64,000 nucleotides of DNA from Gammaproteobacteria bacterium (GCA_965116495.1 OZ220696.1:2912001-2976000), one strand, 5' to 3'. Shown: positions 9,762 to 23,021, counted from the stretch's first letter. Numbers and translations: made by a program. Notes: generated by a model from the letters alone, not told the origin.

Positions 9762-12341
9762 CTATCCCACGACGATGTTGACCAGGCGTTGCGGCACAAC
9801 GATGACTTTCTTTACCTGTTTCCCGCTGATATGCCGTTGTACGTTCTCATTGTCCAGTGCGGCCGCCTGGATCAGCTCTTCAGAGGCGTCCGGCAGGGTA
9901 ACGATCTGTGCCCGCTTTTTTCCGTTTACCTGCACCACCAGCTGACATTCATCTTCGATCAGGGCCGCGGCATCCGCGCGGGGCCAGGCGGCATCGATCA
10001 GGGCCGTCTGCTGGTCCATGGCGCGCCAGATTGCATCGGTGATATGCGGAATGATGGGTGACAGGAGCAGGACCATGACCTCCAGCCCTTCCCGCCGGAC
10101 TGCCCTGGCATTGCCGGATTCATCGTTCATGCGGTTCAGCGCGTTCAACAGTTCCATTACCGCGGCAATGGCGGTGTTGAAGGTATAGCGCCGGCCGATG
10201 TCATCATTGACCTTGACGATGGTCCGGTGGATCTTGCGGCGTACATCGCGCTGCTCACTGGTATAGGGGACCAGCTCTGCGCGGGGACTGTTCCGGTAAT
10301 TCTGCAAGGCGAATTTCCACAGCCGTTTGAGAAACCGGTGGGCGCCCTCAATCCCCGAATCCGACCACTCCAGGCTCTGATCCGGCGGCGCGGTAAACAT
10401 GACGAACAGGCGTACGGTATCGGCGCCGTATTTATCGATCATGTCCTGCGGGTCGACGCCGTTATTCTTTGATTTGGACATCTTTTCCATTTTGCCGATG
10501 ATCACCGGCAGGCCGTCCTCCCTGAGGCGGGCCGCGCTGATCCTGCCCCGGGCGTCACGCTCGAACTCCAGGTCGTTTCGGTTGTAATAGGTCCTGCGCC
10601 CCTGCTCTTCCCGGTAAAAGGTTTCTGCGACGACCATCCCCTGGGTCAACAGGTTCGTGAACGGCTCCCCGTAGCGGGTCAAACCCTGGTCTCGCATGAG
10701 TTTCAGGAAAAAGCGCGCGTACAGCAAATGTAACACCGCGTGTTCTATGCCTCCCACGTACTGGTCCACCGGCAGCCAGTAATCGGCCCGGGCATCCACC
10801 ATGGCTTCGTTATTATCGGCGCTGCAGAAGCGCGCAAAATACCAGGAGGATTCGAAAAACGTATCGAAGGTATCGGTTTCCCGGCGCACCAAACGGCCGG
10901 TTTCCGGATGGCGCGCATGCAAAAACTCATCTATGTCCCTGAGCGGCGAGCGCACGCCCGAGAACTCAATCTGTTCCGGCAATACCACGGGTAGTTCAGC
11001 CGCAGTAACGGGATCTGAATTCCCGTCCTCATCGGTGATGATGGGAATCGGACAGCCCCAGTAACGCTGCCTGGCTATCCCCCAATCGCGCAACCGGTAG
11101 TTGACCTTGCGCGCGCCGCGCCCGCATTCCTCCAGCCTCCCGGCAATGGCAGCAAATGCCTGTTCGGAAGTCAGGCCGTCAAAATCCCCGGAATTTTTCA
11201 ATACACCCTTAACCTCGCAGGCACCGCCATCCAGGTTCAACTCACTGCCGTCAGCAGGGTATACGACCGGCCTGATGGCAAGATCATATTTTTTTGCGAA
11301 TTCCCAGTCTCGCTGATCATGCCCCGGGACGCCCATCACGGCACCGGTGCCATAACCCATCAGGATAAAATTGGCCGTCCATACGGGCAACGCTTCCCCG
11401 GTAAGCGGATGCAGCGCGTACAGCCCCAGCGGCACCCCTTCTTTTTCCATGGTTTCCAGTTCGGCTTCCGTCGACCCGGCGCGACGGTGCCTGTGCAGAA
11501 AGTCGGCAACACCTGCGTTTTCCGCGGCAACGGCAACGGCCAGAGGATGCTCCGCAGCCAGCGCCAGGTAACTGACGCCGAACAAGGTGTCGGGTCGTGT
11601 GGTAAACACAGCGAGAGTGTCGGCGTTCCCTGACAGCTGGAACTCGACCTCCACCCCTTCCGAACGGCCTATCCAGTTCTTTTGCATGGTTCGCACCGAC
11701 TCGGGCCAGCCGGGCAGGTTGTCAAGCTCCCCCAGCAGTTCCTCTCCGTATTCAGTAATTTTCAAAAACCACTGAGGTATTTCCTTCCTTTCCACAACCG
11801 CGCCGGAACGCCAGCCCCGGCCGTCGATCACCTGTTCATTGGCCAGGACGGTCTGGTCAACGGGGTCCCAGTTGACGGGCGTAGTCTTTTTGTAGACCAG
11901 GCCTTTTTTATATAACTCGGTAAAAAACCATTGTTCCCAGCGGTAATAGTCCGGTTTACAAGTCGCGATCTCCCGGTCCCAGTCGTAGGCAAAGCCCAAC
12001 CGTTTTAACTGGGTGCGCATGTAATCGATGTTCCGGTACGTCCATTCCGCCGGCGCTACCCGGTTCTCTATTGCCGCATTCTCCGCGGGCAGGCCAAAAG
12101 CATCCCAACCCATGGGCTGGAGCACGTTCTTGCCCTGCAGGCGCTGGTAACGGGCTATCACGTCGCCGATGGTGTAATTACGTACGTGGCCGATATGCAG
12201 TTTCCCGCTGGGATAAGGAAACATGGACAGACAATAAAACTTTTCCCTGTCGGGGTCTTCCGTCACCTTGAAGGAGCTGTTTTGCTCCCACGCTGCCTGG
12301 ACTTCGAGTTCAATTTTCCGGGGTTGGTATGCTACATCCAT
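9762..12341 (-). CDS. leuS: Leucine--tRNA ligase
   Basis: [56 protein letters not shown]. Confidence 0.98.
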   Translation of the reverse strand: MDVAYQPRKIELEVQAAWEQNSSFKVTEDPDREKFYCLSMFPYPSGKLHIGHVRNYTIGDVIARYQRLQGKNVLQPMGWDAFGLPAENAAIENRVAPAEWTYRNIDYMRTQLKRLGFAYDWDREIATCKPDYYRWEQWFFTELYKKGLVYKKTTPVNWDPVDQTVLANEQVIDGRGWRSGAVVERKEIPQWFLKITEYGEELLGELDNLPGWPESVRTMQKNWIGRSEGVEVEFQLSGNADTLAVFTTRPDTLFGVSYLALAAEHPLAVAVAAENAGVADFLHRHRRAGSTEAELETMEKEGVPLGLYALHPLTGEALPVWTANFILMGYGTGAVMGVPGHDQRDWEFAKKYDLAIRPVVYPADGSELNLDGGACEVKGVLKNSGDFDGLTSEQAFAAIAGRLEECGRGARKVNYRLRDWGIARQRYWGCPIPIITDEDGNSDPVTAAELPVVLPEQIEFSGVRSPLRDIDEFLHARHPETGRLVRRETDTFDTFFESSWYFARFCSADNNEAMVDARADYWLPVDQYVGGIEHAVLHLLYARFFLKLMRDQGLTRYGEPFTNLLTQGMVVAETFYREEQGRRTYYNRNDLEFERDARGRISAARLREDGLPVIIGKMEKMSKSKNNGVDPQDMIDKYGADTVRLFVMFTAPPDQSLEWSDSGIEGAHRFLKRLWKFALQNYRNSPRAELVPYTSEQRDVRRKIHRTIVKVNDDIGRRYTFNTAIAAVMELLNALNRMNDESGNARAVRREGLEVMVLLLSPIIPHITDAIWRAMDQQTALIDAAWPRADAAALIEDECQLVVQVNGKKRAQIVTLPDASEELIQAAALDNENVQRHISGKQVKKVIVVPQRLVNIVVG

Positions 12342-12510
12342 CTCGTATGATCTTGTCTGCATCAAACGGCAAAGCATACAGTAGAGGGATTGTGATGAAC
12401 AAGTGCAAAAGTTATCAGCGACCGTCCCCGCCTGCCGGGAACTGCTAAACAGGGGCGGCCTTGAACCCCGCCCCCGATCGCACTTTGTAATACCTTTTCC
12501 TGACGGTTTG

Positions 12511-12783
12511 TTATTCGGCAGGCTCGCCGACCGTCAGGAGGGCCCTGTTTTTTTCAACCAGGGTCTGGCCTATGCCCCTGATATGGGTCAATTCCTGTAC
12601 TGAATTGAAGCCGCCGTTTTGTTCCCTGTAGTTGATAATCCTTTCGGCGTAGCTTTCACCGATACCGCTCAGGGTCATCAGCGTTTCCTTATCCGCCGTA
12701 TTGATGTCAACCGCATCCCTGGCAAGAAGTAATGCCGGCAGGCAGAGTAACATGAGGACAGCAAGTCTCCTTAGTAATTGCAT
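12511..12783 (-). CDS. comEA: ComEA family helix-hairpin-helix DNA-binding protein
   Basis: Signal peptide then [22 protein letters not shown]...G.F, IRGIG; AAGGAG RBS before MQLLRR. Confidence 0.9.
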   Translation of the reverse strand: MQLLRRLAVLMLLCLPALLLARDAVDINTADKETLMTLSGIGESYAERIINYREQNGGFNSVQELTHIRGIGQTLVEKNRALLTVGEPAE

Positions 12784-12884
12784 AATGGTCTCCTTCTGTT
12801 TGAAAGTTTGTATTCCGTGATCCTTGACCACACAGGGAAGTTTAACAATCGCACCGGTACGGACAAGAAAAAGATTGCCCGGTT

Positions 12885-12900
12885 TGTGGGAAAAATCACA
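12885..12900. promoter_or_regulatory. CRP-family-like binding site upstream of comEA
   Basis: TGTGG-GAAAAA-TCACA, one mismatch to TGTGA-N6-TCACA, with palindromic TT/AA flanks. Confidence 0.45.
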
Positions 12901-12949
12901 AATCGTGTCAGAATTACTTACGCTGCGTCACGCCGCCACACCCTGTCAA

Positions 12950-13316
12950 GGCCATGTTATAATCATTAATATCTTTGATTTTCAATAAGTTATGTTTAAA
13001 TAATCCGTCAGACCAAGCATTTTTCTGGGCGTGTCCGGCTTCTCGAAGGACAGTCTGTATACCCTTAAAGAGATTCTGGTTTATACTACACACATATGCC
13101 GGGCGAACGTAGCCGGGCCCTGTTATTAACGGGCAAAACAACCTGTGAGCAACCTATAGAAAAATGAGTCCAGTCACCAGGCAAACAAGTTGTCCACAGA
13201 CAATAAAGTGGAAAGGAGCATTAAGGAGGATCAAAAAAATGCGATACTCTTTTGATTTTAATGGAATAAATAAGTTTTCCAGAAACAAAGACGCTTAATA
13301 ACAACAAGATGGTACT
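12950..13316. other. Putative replication origin (oriC-like) with degenerate DnaA boxes
   Basis: AT-rich spacer before dnaN; TTGTCCACA 13190-13198, TGTGAGCAA 13144-13152, TTTTCCAGA 13275-13283, trio-like TAATAACAACAA 13296-13307, IHF-like TTTCAATAAGTTA 12980-12992; parS sites 1.5-2.2 kb away; gene orientation diverges here. Confidence 0.6.
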
Positions 13317-14417
13317 ATGAATCTAACTATTACTAGAGAACAACTCCTGCCAGCGCTGAACAGCGTCTGCGGGGTTGTCGACAGCCGACCGACCCTTACC
13401 ATCCTTGCAAATCTCCTTGTCAGTATTTCCCCTCAGCAGATCCGACTGACATCTACAGACATGGAGGTGGAACTTTCCGCATCCATTTCAGGCGAGTTCG
13501 GTTCCTCCGGGGACATAACCATACCTGCGCGGAAGCTCTTGGATATTTGCCGAGCGCTGCCGGAAGATGCGCAAATGACGCTTGCAATTGAGAATGACCG
13601 GGTGAACCTGACATCAGGCCGGAGCCGGTTTTCCTTACTGTCTTTACCTGCACAGGAATTTCCCCTGGTCGAACCGGGCGAAACAGATGCCAGCTTCACT
13701 ATTGCCCAACAGTTGTTTAAATCGTTGCTGGACAGGACTGCTTTTGCCATGGCCAGGCAGGATGTCCGCTATTACCTTAATGGCGTTTTACTTGAGGCGC
13801 AGCACAATAGCCTGCGCGCGGTTGCAACAGACGGTCACAGGCTCGCCCTGAGTGATGTTGACGCTGTTATTCCTACAGAAGAAAAAAAGCAACTAATCGT
13901 TCCGAGAAAGGGGGTGCAGGAACTGCTGCGGCTGTTGGGGGAAACAGGTGACGAAACGGAAATCGTCATGAGTAAAAACCATGTCCGTATCGCGTTGGAC
14001 AACCTGGTTTTTACCAGCAAACTGATTGACGGCAAATACCCGGACTATAACCGGGTGATCCCTGAACCGTCAGTGCATCCGGTACTGGCACAGCGGGAAC
14101 AGCTCAGACAGAGCTTAAGCCGGGCCTCGATCCTCTCCAGCGACAAATACCGGGGTGTGAAAATCACGCTGGAGCAGAATAAACTGCGGGCGCTTGTTCA
14201 TAACCCGGAACACGAACAGGCGGAAGACGAGATTGACGTGGAATATACGGGAGAGAATCAGGAAGTCGGGTTTAACGTTTCCTACCTGCTCGATGCTGTC
14301 AGCATCATTCCAACCGACCGGGTCAGGCTTTCCGTGTCATCCCCGAAAAGCGGTTGTCTTGTGTTGCCGGAGGAAGGGGAAGGGAGCAAATATATCGTCA
14401 TGCCGCTGCTGCTGTAA
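13317..14417 (+). CDS. dnaN: DNA polymerase III beta sliding clamp
   Basis: STDMEVE, PARKLLDICRALP, QDVRYYLNG, VATDGHRLA, SKLIDGKYPDY, GFNVSYLLD, VMP. Confidence 0.97.
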   Translation: MNLTITREQLLPALNSVCGVVDSRPTLTILANLLVSISPQQIRLTSTDMEVELSASISGEFGSSGDITIPARKLLDICRALPEDAQMTLAIENDRVNLTSGRSRFSLLSLPAQEFPLVEPGETDASFTIAQQLFKSLLDRTAFAMARQDVRYYLNGVLLEAQHNSLRAVATDGHRLALSDVDAVIPTEEKKQLIVPRKGVQELLRLLGETGDETEIVMSKNHVRIALDNLVFTSKLIDGKYPDYNRVIPEPSVHPVLAQREQLRQSLSRASILSSDKYRGVKITLEQNKLRALVHNPEHEQAEDEIDVEYTGENQEVGFNVSYLLDAVSIIPTDRVRLSVSSPKSGCLVLPEEGEGSKYIVMPLLL

Positions 14418-14458
14418 GCGTCTGAACAACCCATGCAATACCTGCATCTGTGCTGCCA

Positions 14459-15520
14459 ATGCATATAGAATGGCTGCAGGTCAGAAATGTTCGTAATTTG
14501 TCCAATCTGAGGATTGAGCCGGGTCCTGGGCTTAATATCGTTTATGGCCCAAACGGCAGTGGTAAAACAGCGCTGCTGGAAGCCATCTACTTTCTGGGGC
14601 GATGCCGTTCTTTCCGCACGCCGGGGATAAACCGTGTTATTCGTCACCACCAAAAAGAATTACAGGTCAGCGCCGGCATGCGCATGCCGGATCGCTCCCT
14701 GGTTGTAACCGGGGTAGAACGCAGCAGGTCAGCGATAACCATTCGTTACAACAACCGGACTGTTCGCAGGGTATCGGAACAGGCGGCACAAATCCCTGTT
14801 ATCACGATAACACCGGACAGCCACGGGCTGGTTTCCGGAAGCCCCGTGTACCGCAGGCGCTGGCTGGATTGGGCGATGTTTCACGTGGAACCAAACTATA
14901 TTGAGGCCTGGCGGGATTACTATAAGGCACTGAAAAACCGAAACAGTTTGTTGCGCAGAAAGAAAGTAGAACAACTGGAAGCGTGGGAACAGGCCATGTG
15001 CCGGGCTGCCGGGATTATAAACAAGCAGAGGGACGCTTTTATTACTGACTTATCTGAAGAACTGGCAGGGACCGCACAGCAGCTTGATATACCACTGGTT
15101 GCGCTTGAGTATGACCGGGGCTGGGCGCCCGGTGATGACCTGGCGAAATTTCTCGCGACACAGCGCATGGGGGACCTGGAAAGAGGGGTGACCCGCTACG
15201 GTATCCACAGGAGTGAAGTGGTGATACGCCAGGACGGAAGAGACATCGGACACTTTTATTCCCGCGGCCAGATCAAGCTGTGTATCATAGCATTGTCTCT
15301 GGCCCAGGAGAGGGTATTCAGGCACAGGATGAGGCGCGCGCCTATTATCCTTTTGGACGATTATGGGGCAGAGTTGGACGTGGCCGGACAGCATCGTGTT
15401 ATTGACGTGCTGGCGGGTCTGGGGGGCCAGACTTTCATTACGACTACGGGAAAAATCCCGGCATGTGCGCACGGTAAACAGAAAATGTTTCACGTGGAAC
15501 AAGGCGTCCTCGTAACGTGA
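14459..15520 (+). CDS. recF: DNA replication/repair protein RecF
   Basis: GPNGSGKTALLEAI, RSFR, RRRWLDW, SRGQIK, LLDDYGAELD. Confidence 0.95.
   Translation: MHIEWLQVRNVRNLSNLRIEPGPGLNIVYGPNGSGKTALLEAIYFLGRCRSFRTPGINRVIRHHQKELQVSAGMRMPDRSLVVTGVERSRSAITIRYNNRTVRRVSEQAAQIPVITITPDSHGLVSGSPVYRRRWLDWAMFHVEPNYIEAWRDYYKALKNRNSLLRRKKVEQLEAWEQAMCRAAGIINKQRDAFITDLSEELAGTAQQLDIPLVALEYDRGWAPGDDLAKFLATQRMGDLERGVTRYGIHRSEVVIRQDGRDIGHFYSRGQIKLCIIALSLAQERVFRHRMRRAPIILLDDYGAELDVAGQHRVIDVLAGLGGQTFITTTGKIPACAHGKQKMFHVEQGVLVT
14877..14892. promoter_or_regulatory. parS centromere-like site within recF
   Basis: TGTTTCACGTGGAACC versus consensus TGTTNCACGTGAAACA. Confidence 0.85.
15486..15501. promoter_or_regulatory. 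parS centromere-like site at recF 3' end
   Basis: TGTTTCACGTGGAACA. Confidence 0.88.
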
Positions 15521-15601
15521 CGGGAGGCCTTGTGCTGCCGCTGATTATGTTGCGGTGAACAATGGGAATATGCTAAAATGCCTTTTTTGTTACGGGGCTA
15601 A

Positions 15602-18007
<2,406 letters not shown>

Positions 18008-18016
18008 GATTGTAAA

Positions 18017-18718
18017 TCAGCGGGTCGTTAATTCTGATCGGCGCGGCAACGGTACCGCGCGGGCCAGGCACCAAACCTGCACCTGTTCGCTGCCGTTGCG
18101 TTTCAAAAACCGGGCCAGTTCATTCGCAGTTGCACCTGTCGTCAGAACATCGTCTACGATAGCAATTCTATTGTAATCATTTGTTTTAGTTAGAGAAAAA
18201 GCACGTTTCACGTTGTTTTCCCGTTGCTCTGGGCGCAGGTCATACTGCTGTGCCGTGGCCTTGTGTCTGCACACCAGGCGATCATCAACAGGCAGGGATA
18301 AACTGTGTGCGAGGACACGCGCAATTTCCCTGGCCTGGTTGAAACCCCGGCTGCGCTGGCGAGAACTGTGTAATGGTACCGGCACGAGACACTCCGGCGG
18401 TTCGGAGCACTCAAGTCTGATCCGTTCGATCAAGGACCGGGACAGTGTGCGTACCGTATCCAGTCGCGCCTGGTATTTCAGCCGTTTTATCATCAGGTCG
18501 ACAGGATATCGGTACATATTCCCGGCAATACAGCAATCAAATGCCGGCGCGCGCGCAAAACAACGGACACAGGCGCCGGAGTCAGGTATCGGAACGCCGC
18601 AACAAAGGCACATTCCTGCAGGACGGGTTGGCAGGTCGGCATCACAATTCCGACACATTTGATCTTGCGCCGGGCTGAGGACTGCGCCGCAGAGAAGGCA
18701 CCGGTTAGTGATCAACAT
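18017..18718 (-). CDS. comF: ComF family protein (double Zn ribbon plus PRTase fold)
   Basis: CLLC, C..C, CLCC, CVRC; [23 protein letters not shown]. Confidence 0.92.
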   Translation of the reverse strand: MLITNRCLLCGAVLSPAQDQMCRNCDADLPTRPAGMCLCCGVPIPDSGACVRCFARAPAFDCCIAGNMYRYPVDLMIKRLKYQARLDTVRTLSRSLIERIRLECSEPPECLVPVPLHSSRQRSRGFNQAREIARVLAHSLSLPVDDRLVCRHKATAQQYDLRPEQRENNVKRAFSLTKTNDYNRIAIVDDVLTTGATANELARFLKRNGSEQVQVWCLARAVPLPRRSELTTR

Positions 18719-18740
18719 CCTGGTTCATACTTGAAGAAGT

Positions 18741-18793
18741 AGTCAGCCTGTACGATAGTGAACAGTTGACAACTTTCGATTCCTCGATAACAT
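18741..18793 (+). promoter_or_regulatory. Candidate bio promoter overlapped by a degenerate BirA operator
   Basis: AGTCAGCC-N15-AGTTGACA (18741-18771) resembles TGTCAACC-N15-GGTTGACA; TTGACA 18766-18771 with TAACAT 16 nt downstream. Confidence 0.5.
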
Positions 18794-18801
18794 ACCGATC
18801 C

Positions 18802-19824
18802 ATGTTCACCGACAAAACAATTCGCGCGCGTGATGCGCTTCCTGCTCCAAGACATGACTGGAGCCTGACAGAAATCATAGCACTTTACCGGCAACCGTTT
18901 AACGATTTATTGCACAGGGCACAGACGGTCCACCGCAGTTGTTTCGACCCAAATAAAATCCAGTTAAGCACCCTGCTGAATATCAAAAGCGGCGGTTGCC
19001 CGGAAGACTGCGCCTATTGCCCGCAGAGCGCGCGTTACCGGACCGGTGTGGAAAACGAAGGCCTGATGTCCTGTGAGCAGGTTCTGGAAGCGGCGCGGCG
19101 CGCCAAAACATCCGGCGCAGGCCGGTTTTGCATGGGTGCTGCCTGGCGCAGTCCGAAAGACAGGGATATCGACAACGTCGCCGGGATGATCGCGGGGGTC
19201 AAGCGTCTCGGGCTTGAAACCTGTGTTACTCTCGGGATGTTGAAGCCCGGGCAAGCGGAACGTCTGAAACACGCCGGCCTGGATTATTACAACCATAATC
19301 TTGACACGTCCGAGAGTTTTTACGACACGATTATCAGCACCCGGACCTACCAGGACCGGCTGGATACGCTGCAACGCGTACGGGACGCCGGGATCAATGT
19401 CTGCTGTGGCGGCATAATCGGGATGGGAGAGTCTGTTGACGATCGGGCGGCGCTGCTGCAGACCCTGGCCTGTCTGTCCCAACATCCGGAGAGCGTGCCC
19501 ATCAACACCCTGGTCCGGGTAACGGGCACACCCTTGGCGGGAGAACAAGAAACGGACCCCATAGAACTGGTAAGAACCGTCGCCACGGCGCGTATCCTGA
19601 TGCCCCGCGCGTATGTTCGCTTGTCCGCGGGCCGCACTGAGATGAGTGATGCGACCCAGGCTCTTTGCTTTTATGCCGGCGCGAATTCCATTTTCTTCGG
19701 TGAGAAACTGCTGACGACCGACAACCCGCAATTTTCCAGAGATCAATCCCTGTTTAAACGATTGGGGCTGACAGCCAGCACGGATATTGCATCCGGAGAA
19801 GCGCCGGCTGCGCAGAACTTTTGA
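18802..19824 (+). CDS. bioB: Biotin synthase
   Basis: [11 protein letters not shown] radical SAM motif, [28 protein letters not shown]. Confidence 0.97.
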   Translation: MFTDKTIRARDALPAPRHDWSLTEIIALYRQPFNDLLHRAQTVHRSCFDPNKIQLSTLLNIKSGGCPEDCAYCPQSARYRTGVENEGLMSCEQVLEAARRAKTSGAGRFCMGAAWRSPKDRDIDNVAGMIAGVKRLGLETCVTLGMLKPGQAERLKHAGLDYYNHNLDTSESFYDTIISTRTYQDRLDTLQRVRDAGINVCCGGIIGMGESVDDRAALLQTLACLSQHPESVPINTLVRVTGTPLAGEQETDPIELVRTVATARILMPRAYVRLSAGRTEMSDATQALCFYAGANSIFFGEKLLTTDNPQFSRDQSLFKRLGLTASTDIASGEAPAAQNF

Positions 19825-21005
19825 TGTCCGTCTCCGCGCCGGCCGATCCTTTTTCATTGGCAAGGGGGCTGGATGGGATCAAGTCTGCCGGCCTGTTCCG
19901 CACAAGACCAACCATAGCTTCTGCACAGGGGGCGGTTATCCGTGCCGACGGGCAGCAGTTCATCAATTTTTCCAGCAATGACTACCTCGGTTTGGCCAAT
20001 GACGCCAGGCTGGTGGAAGCCGTCCAGTCCGCTGCTGCGATCTACGGAGTGGGCAGCGGCTCGTCACAACTGATCTGCGGCAGAAGCCGCGCCCACGAAC
20101 AGCTTGAAGAGATGCTGGCAACACATCTGGACCGTTCCCGGGCCGTGCTTTTTTCAAGCGGCTACCTGGCCAATCTTGCCGTAATAACCACCTTCGCCGC
20201 GCGCAGGGAAGACTGCGTCGTGATGGACAGGGAAAACCATGCTTCGTTGATCGACGGCGCAACGCTGGCCCGGGCAAGCCTGCGGCGCTATGCCCACAAT
20301 GACGTGCCGGCACTGGAACACCTTTGTTCGCAAGGCCGCACCCTGGTCGCGACGGAAGGCGTGTTCAGTATGAGCGGCACCATGGCTGCGCTGCCGGACA
20401 TCGCATCGGTTTGTGCAAGACGCCAGGCCCTGCTTGCTGTGGATGACGCGCACGGGTTCGGTATCCTGGGGAAAACCGGCGCCGGCGCACTGGAGCATTT
20501 TTCTTTGGACCAGGCGCAAGTGCCTGTTTTGATGGGGACTTTTTCCAAGGCCTGCGGCGTGATGGGGGCTTTCGTGGCCGGACCGGATGACGTGATAGAA
20601 ACCATTATCCAGGCCGGACGGTCGTATATTTACACAACGGCTATGGCGCCCGTCCTTGCGGCTGCGGCCGCCAGGGCGTTGGTCATTGTTGCCCGGGAAT
20701 CCTGGCGCCGGGACAAGCTGCGGGCACTGGTGGACAGGTTTGTCCGGGGCGCGCAGCAACTGGATTTGCCGCTACTGGCGTCCTCTACCCCCATACAGGG
20801 GTTTCACGTCGGCAGCGCGGCGGCCGCGGTAACCGGCAGGGACTTCGCCCGGGCCAGGGGGATCTGGGTAAGCGCCATTCGCACTCCCACCGTAGCGAAA
20901 AACACCGAGCGGCTCAGGATAACGTTGACGGCCGGCCATAACGATGAGCAGGTGGACCGGCTCCTCGACATGCTGGCGCAACTGAAAAAGAAGTTGTGGC
21001 CGTGA
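19824..21005 (+). CDS. bioF: 8-amino-7-oxononanoate synthase
   Basis: FSSNDYLGL, SGYLAN, HASLIDG, EGVFSM, VDDAHGFG, GTFSKA. Confidence 0.95.
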   Translation: MSVSAPADPFSLARGLDGIKSAGLFRTRPTIASAQGAVIRADGQQFINFSSNDYLGLANDARLVEAVQSAAAIYGVGSGSSQLICGRSRAHEQLEEMLATHLDRSRAVLFSSGYLANLAVITTFAARREDCVVMDRENHASLIDGATLARASLRRYAHNDVPALEHLCSQGRTLVATEGVFSMSGTMAALPDIASVCARRQALLAVDDAHGFGILGKTGAGALEHFSLDQAQVPVLMGTFSKACGVMGAFVAGPDDVIETIIQAGRSYIYTTAMAPVLAAAAARALVIVARESWRRDKLRALVDRFVRGAQQLDLPLLASSTPIQGFHVGSAAAAVTGRDFARARGIWVSAIRTPTVAKNTERLRITLTAGHNDEQVDRLLDMLAQLKKKLWP

Positions 21006-21880
21006 TCGACGCGCCCTTCCACAGGGAAAAGGCCGCGATAAGACGGAATTTCGACGGCGCAGCCGGCAGCTATGACCGGGTTGCCGTACTGCAACAAGCT
21101 GTAGGGGAGCGCCTGTTGCAACGGCTGGAAGCGATTAAACTCAAGCCGGCATACATACTGGACCTGGGGTCGGGTACCGGCAGCTTATCCATGCTGTTGG
21201 CCAGGCGTTATGACACAGCCCATGTTTTACAATTGGATCTTGCTGTTAACATGTTGTTGACAGCCAGGCGAAAGAACCGGCGGGCCGGTCGGCAATACCT
21301 GCTCTGCGGCGATGCCGAAAACCTGCCGTTGGCCGTTAACAGCATGGATTTCGCCTTCTCCAACCTCACGCTGCAATGGATCGCCCGGCTGGACCAGGTG
21401 TTTGCCGAGATTTATCGGTCATTGCGCCCAGGCGGGTTACTGCTGTTTTCCACATTCGGCCCGGACTCCCTGGTGGAATTGCGCAACAGCTGGGCCCGCG
21501 TGGACGATTACGTGCATGTCAATGCATTCACGGATATGCACGATGCAGGCGATGCGCTGGTGCGGGCCGGGTTCGTCGATCCGGTCATGGAAACGGAGAC
21601 ATTTACCCTGGTGTATGACAACGGCCGGTCACTGATGCGGGAATTGAAGACCCTGGGGGCCGGCAACGTGAATGCTGGCCGGCGCCGCTCTCTGACCGGC
21701 AAACACAAACTCCGGGCCATGCTGGAGGAATATGCGAACAGGTACGGGAACGGCGGTCTTCCGGCAACCTTTGAGGTAGTCTATGGACATGCCTGGGTGC
21801 CGGAGACGAAACAGGTACCACAGGAATTGACGGAACCTGGCGTTTACCCGCTCGCGTTCCGCGCCCGCGGCGCTACATGA
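20996..21880 (+). CDS. bioC: Malonyl-ACP O-methyltransferase
   Basis: YD.VA.LQ, LDLGSGTG, SNLTLQW, FSTFGPDSL.EL, F.DMHD.GD. Confidence 0.94.
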   Translation: MAVIDAPFHREKAAIRRNFDGAAGSYDRVAVLQQAVGERLLQRLEAIKLKPAYILDLGSGTGSLSMLLARRYDTAHVLQLDLAVNMLLTARRKNRRAGRQYLLCGDAENLPLAVNSMDFAFSNLTLQWIARLDQVFAEIYRSLRPGGLLLFSTFGPDSLVELRNSWARVDDYVHVNAFTDMHDAGDALVRAGFVDPVMETETFTLVYDNGRSLMRELKTLGAGNVNAGRRRSLTGKHKLRAMLEEYANRYGNGGLPATFEVVYGHAWVPETKQVPQELTEPGVYPLAFRARGAT

Positions 21881-21898
21881 GGGTGACAGACAACACCT

Positions 21899-21921
21899 GG
21901 GACGGAATTCAATTCCGTCCC
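21899..21921. repeat. GGGACGG-type short palindrome
   Basis: GGGACGGAATT-C-AATTCCGTCCC; related to 45128-45151 and 46477-46500. Confidence 0.7.
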
Positions 21922-21976
21922 CATGCCCGGCCGCTGCGCGCCGGCGCTGAAAAGACGGCATAACAGTTTGTTTAAT

Positions 21977-22669
21977 ATGAGTAATTTATTTATCACCGGC
22001 ACTGATACAGGGGTCGGCAAGACCTGGGTAACCCTGGGGTTGATGATGCGCTTACAGGCCAGCGGCCTGGTTGTAAACGGCATGAAACCGGTCGCCAGCG
22101 GCAGCGAACGGCAGCAGGGGCAGCTGAGAAACGCCGATGCTTTGCTAATCTGGAACCAGTGCAGCCGCCCTGTCACCTATCACAAGGTGAACCCGTATGC
22201 ATTCGAAGAGCCGATCGCGCCCCACGTCGCCGCGCACAAGGAGCGGGTCAGTGTGGGCCTCGAAGCACTGGTCCCCGCGTACCAGGCCCTGGCCGCTACG
22301 GCTGACCGGGTTATCGTGGAAGGGGTCGGCGGCTGGCGGGTCCCGCTGTCGGACACGCTGCAAACCGAAGACCTGGTGCGGCAGTTGAATCTGGCCGTTG
22401 TCCTCGTGGTCGGGCTGCGTCTGGGCTGTATCAACCACGCGTTGCTTACCGGTGAATCCATTCACGCGGCGGGACTTGACTTTGCCGGCTGGGTCGACAA
22501 CGGCATCTGCCGTGATTACAGGGAAAAGCAGGCAACCCTGGATTATCTGTCCCGACATATACCCGCGCCGCATCTGGGAAGCATCCCCTGGCTGGACCGG
22601 TTGGAGCCGGCGCGGGTCGGCGCGGCGATCAGGGTTGAGCAGTTGTTCCCCGGAACCGGACCGGAATGA
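21977..22669 (+). CDS. bioD: Dethiobiotin synthase
   Basis: FITGTDTGVGKT, MKPVASG, VEGVGGW, LGCINHALLT. Confidence 0.96.
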   Translation: MSNLFITGTDTGVGKTWVTLGLMMRLQASGLVVNGMKPVASGSERQQGQLRNADALLIWNQCSRPVTYHKVNPYAFEEPIAPHVAAHKERVSVGLEALVPAYQALAATADRVIVEGVGGWRVPLSDTLQTEDLVRQLNLAVVLVVGLRLGCINHALLTGESIHAAGLDFAGWVDNGICRDYREKQATLDYLSRHIPAPHLGSIPWLDRLEPARVGAAIRVEQLFPGTGPE

Positions 22670-22848
22670 AAACGATCCGGACAGTTGGGCAGCAATCATC
22701 GAAACAGCCGGCGCGGCCTGGTATCAGTGCCGGCAAAGGGCGGGACGAAGCAGGAATATCCAGCTACGCGCTTGAATAATCGTGGTACTCCTATTATCCT
22801 TTTGCAACGTTTGCATTGTCAGTACGTGAAATAGTAGTTGCGGTGGGG

Positions 22849-23021
22849 CAGGGCTGTCTCAAAGTCGGTATACGCCCCGCTGTCATTCCGGGCTTGATCC
22901 GGAAACCAATGAAAACGTAATTTTTTATGCACAATGAATGATTGTTTGACGGGATTCCTGCTTGTGCAGGAATGACGGGTGGGAGATTTGAAAGCGGGTA
23001 ATGACTTTAAAGATGACCCTG
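22849..23021. mobile_element. MITE with imperfect TIRs, 10-bp target duplication and internal CGTC-type palindromes
   Basis: Direct repeat TGCGGTGGGG at 22839-22848 and 23022-23031; ends CAGGGCTGTCTCAAAAGTC / GACTTTAAAGATGACCCTG; internal GTCATTCC...GGAATGAC pair. Confidence 0.75.

Noticed and set aside
12914-13141. 75-aa ORF in the comEA-dnaN spacer, or a dnaA fragment
   Set aside because: No AAA+ or domain IV motifs; AT-rich non-coding character.
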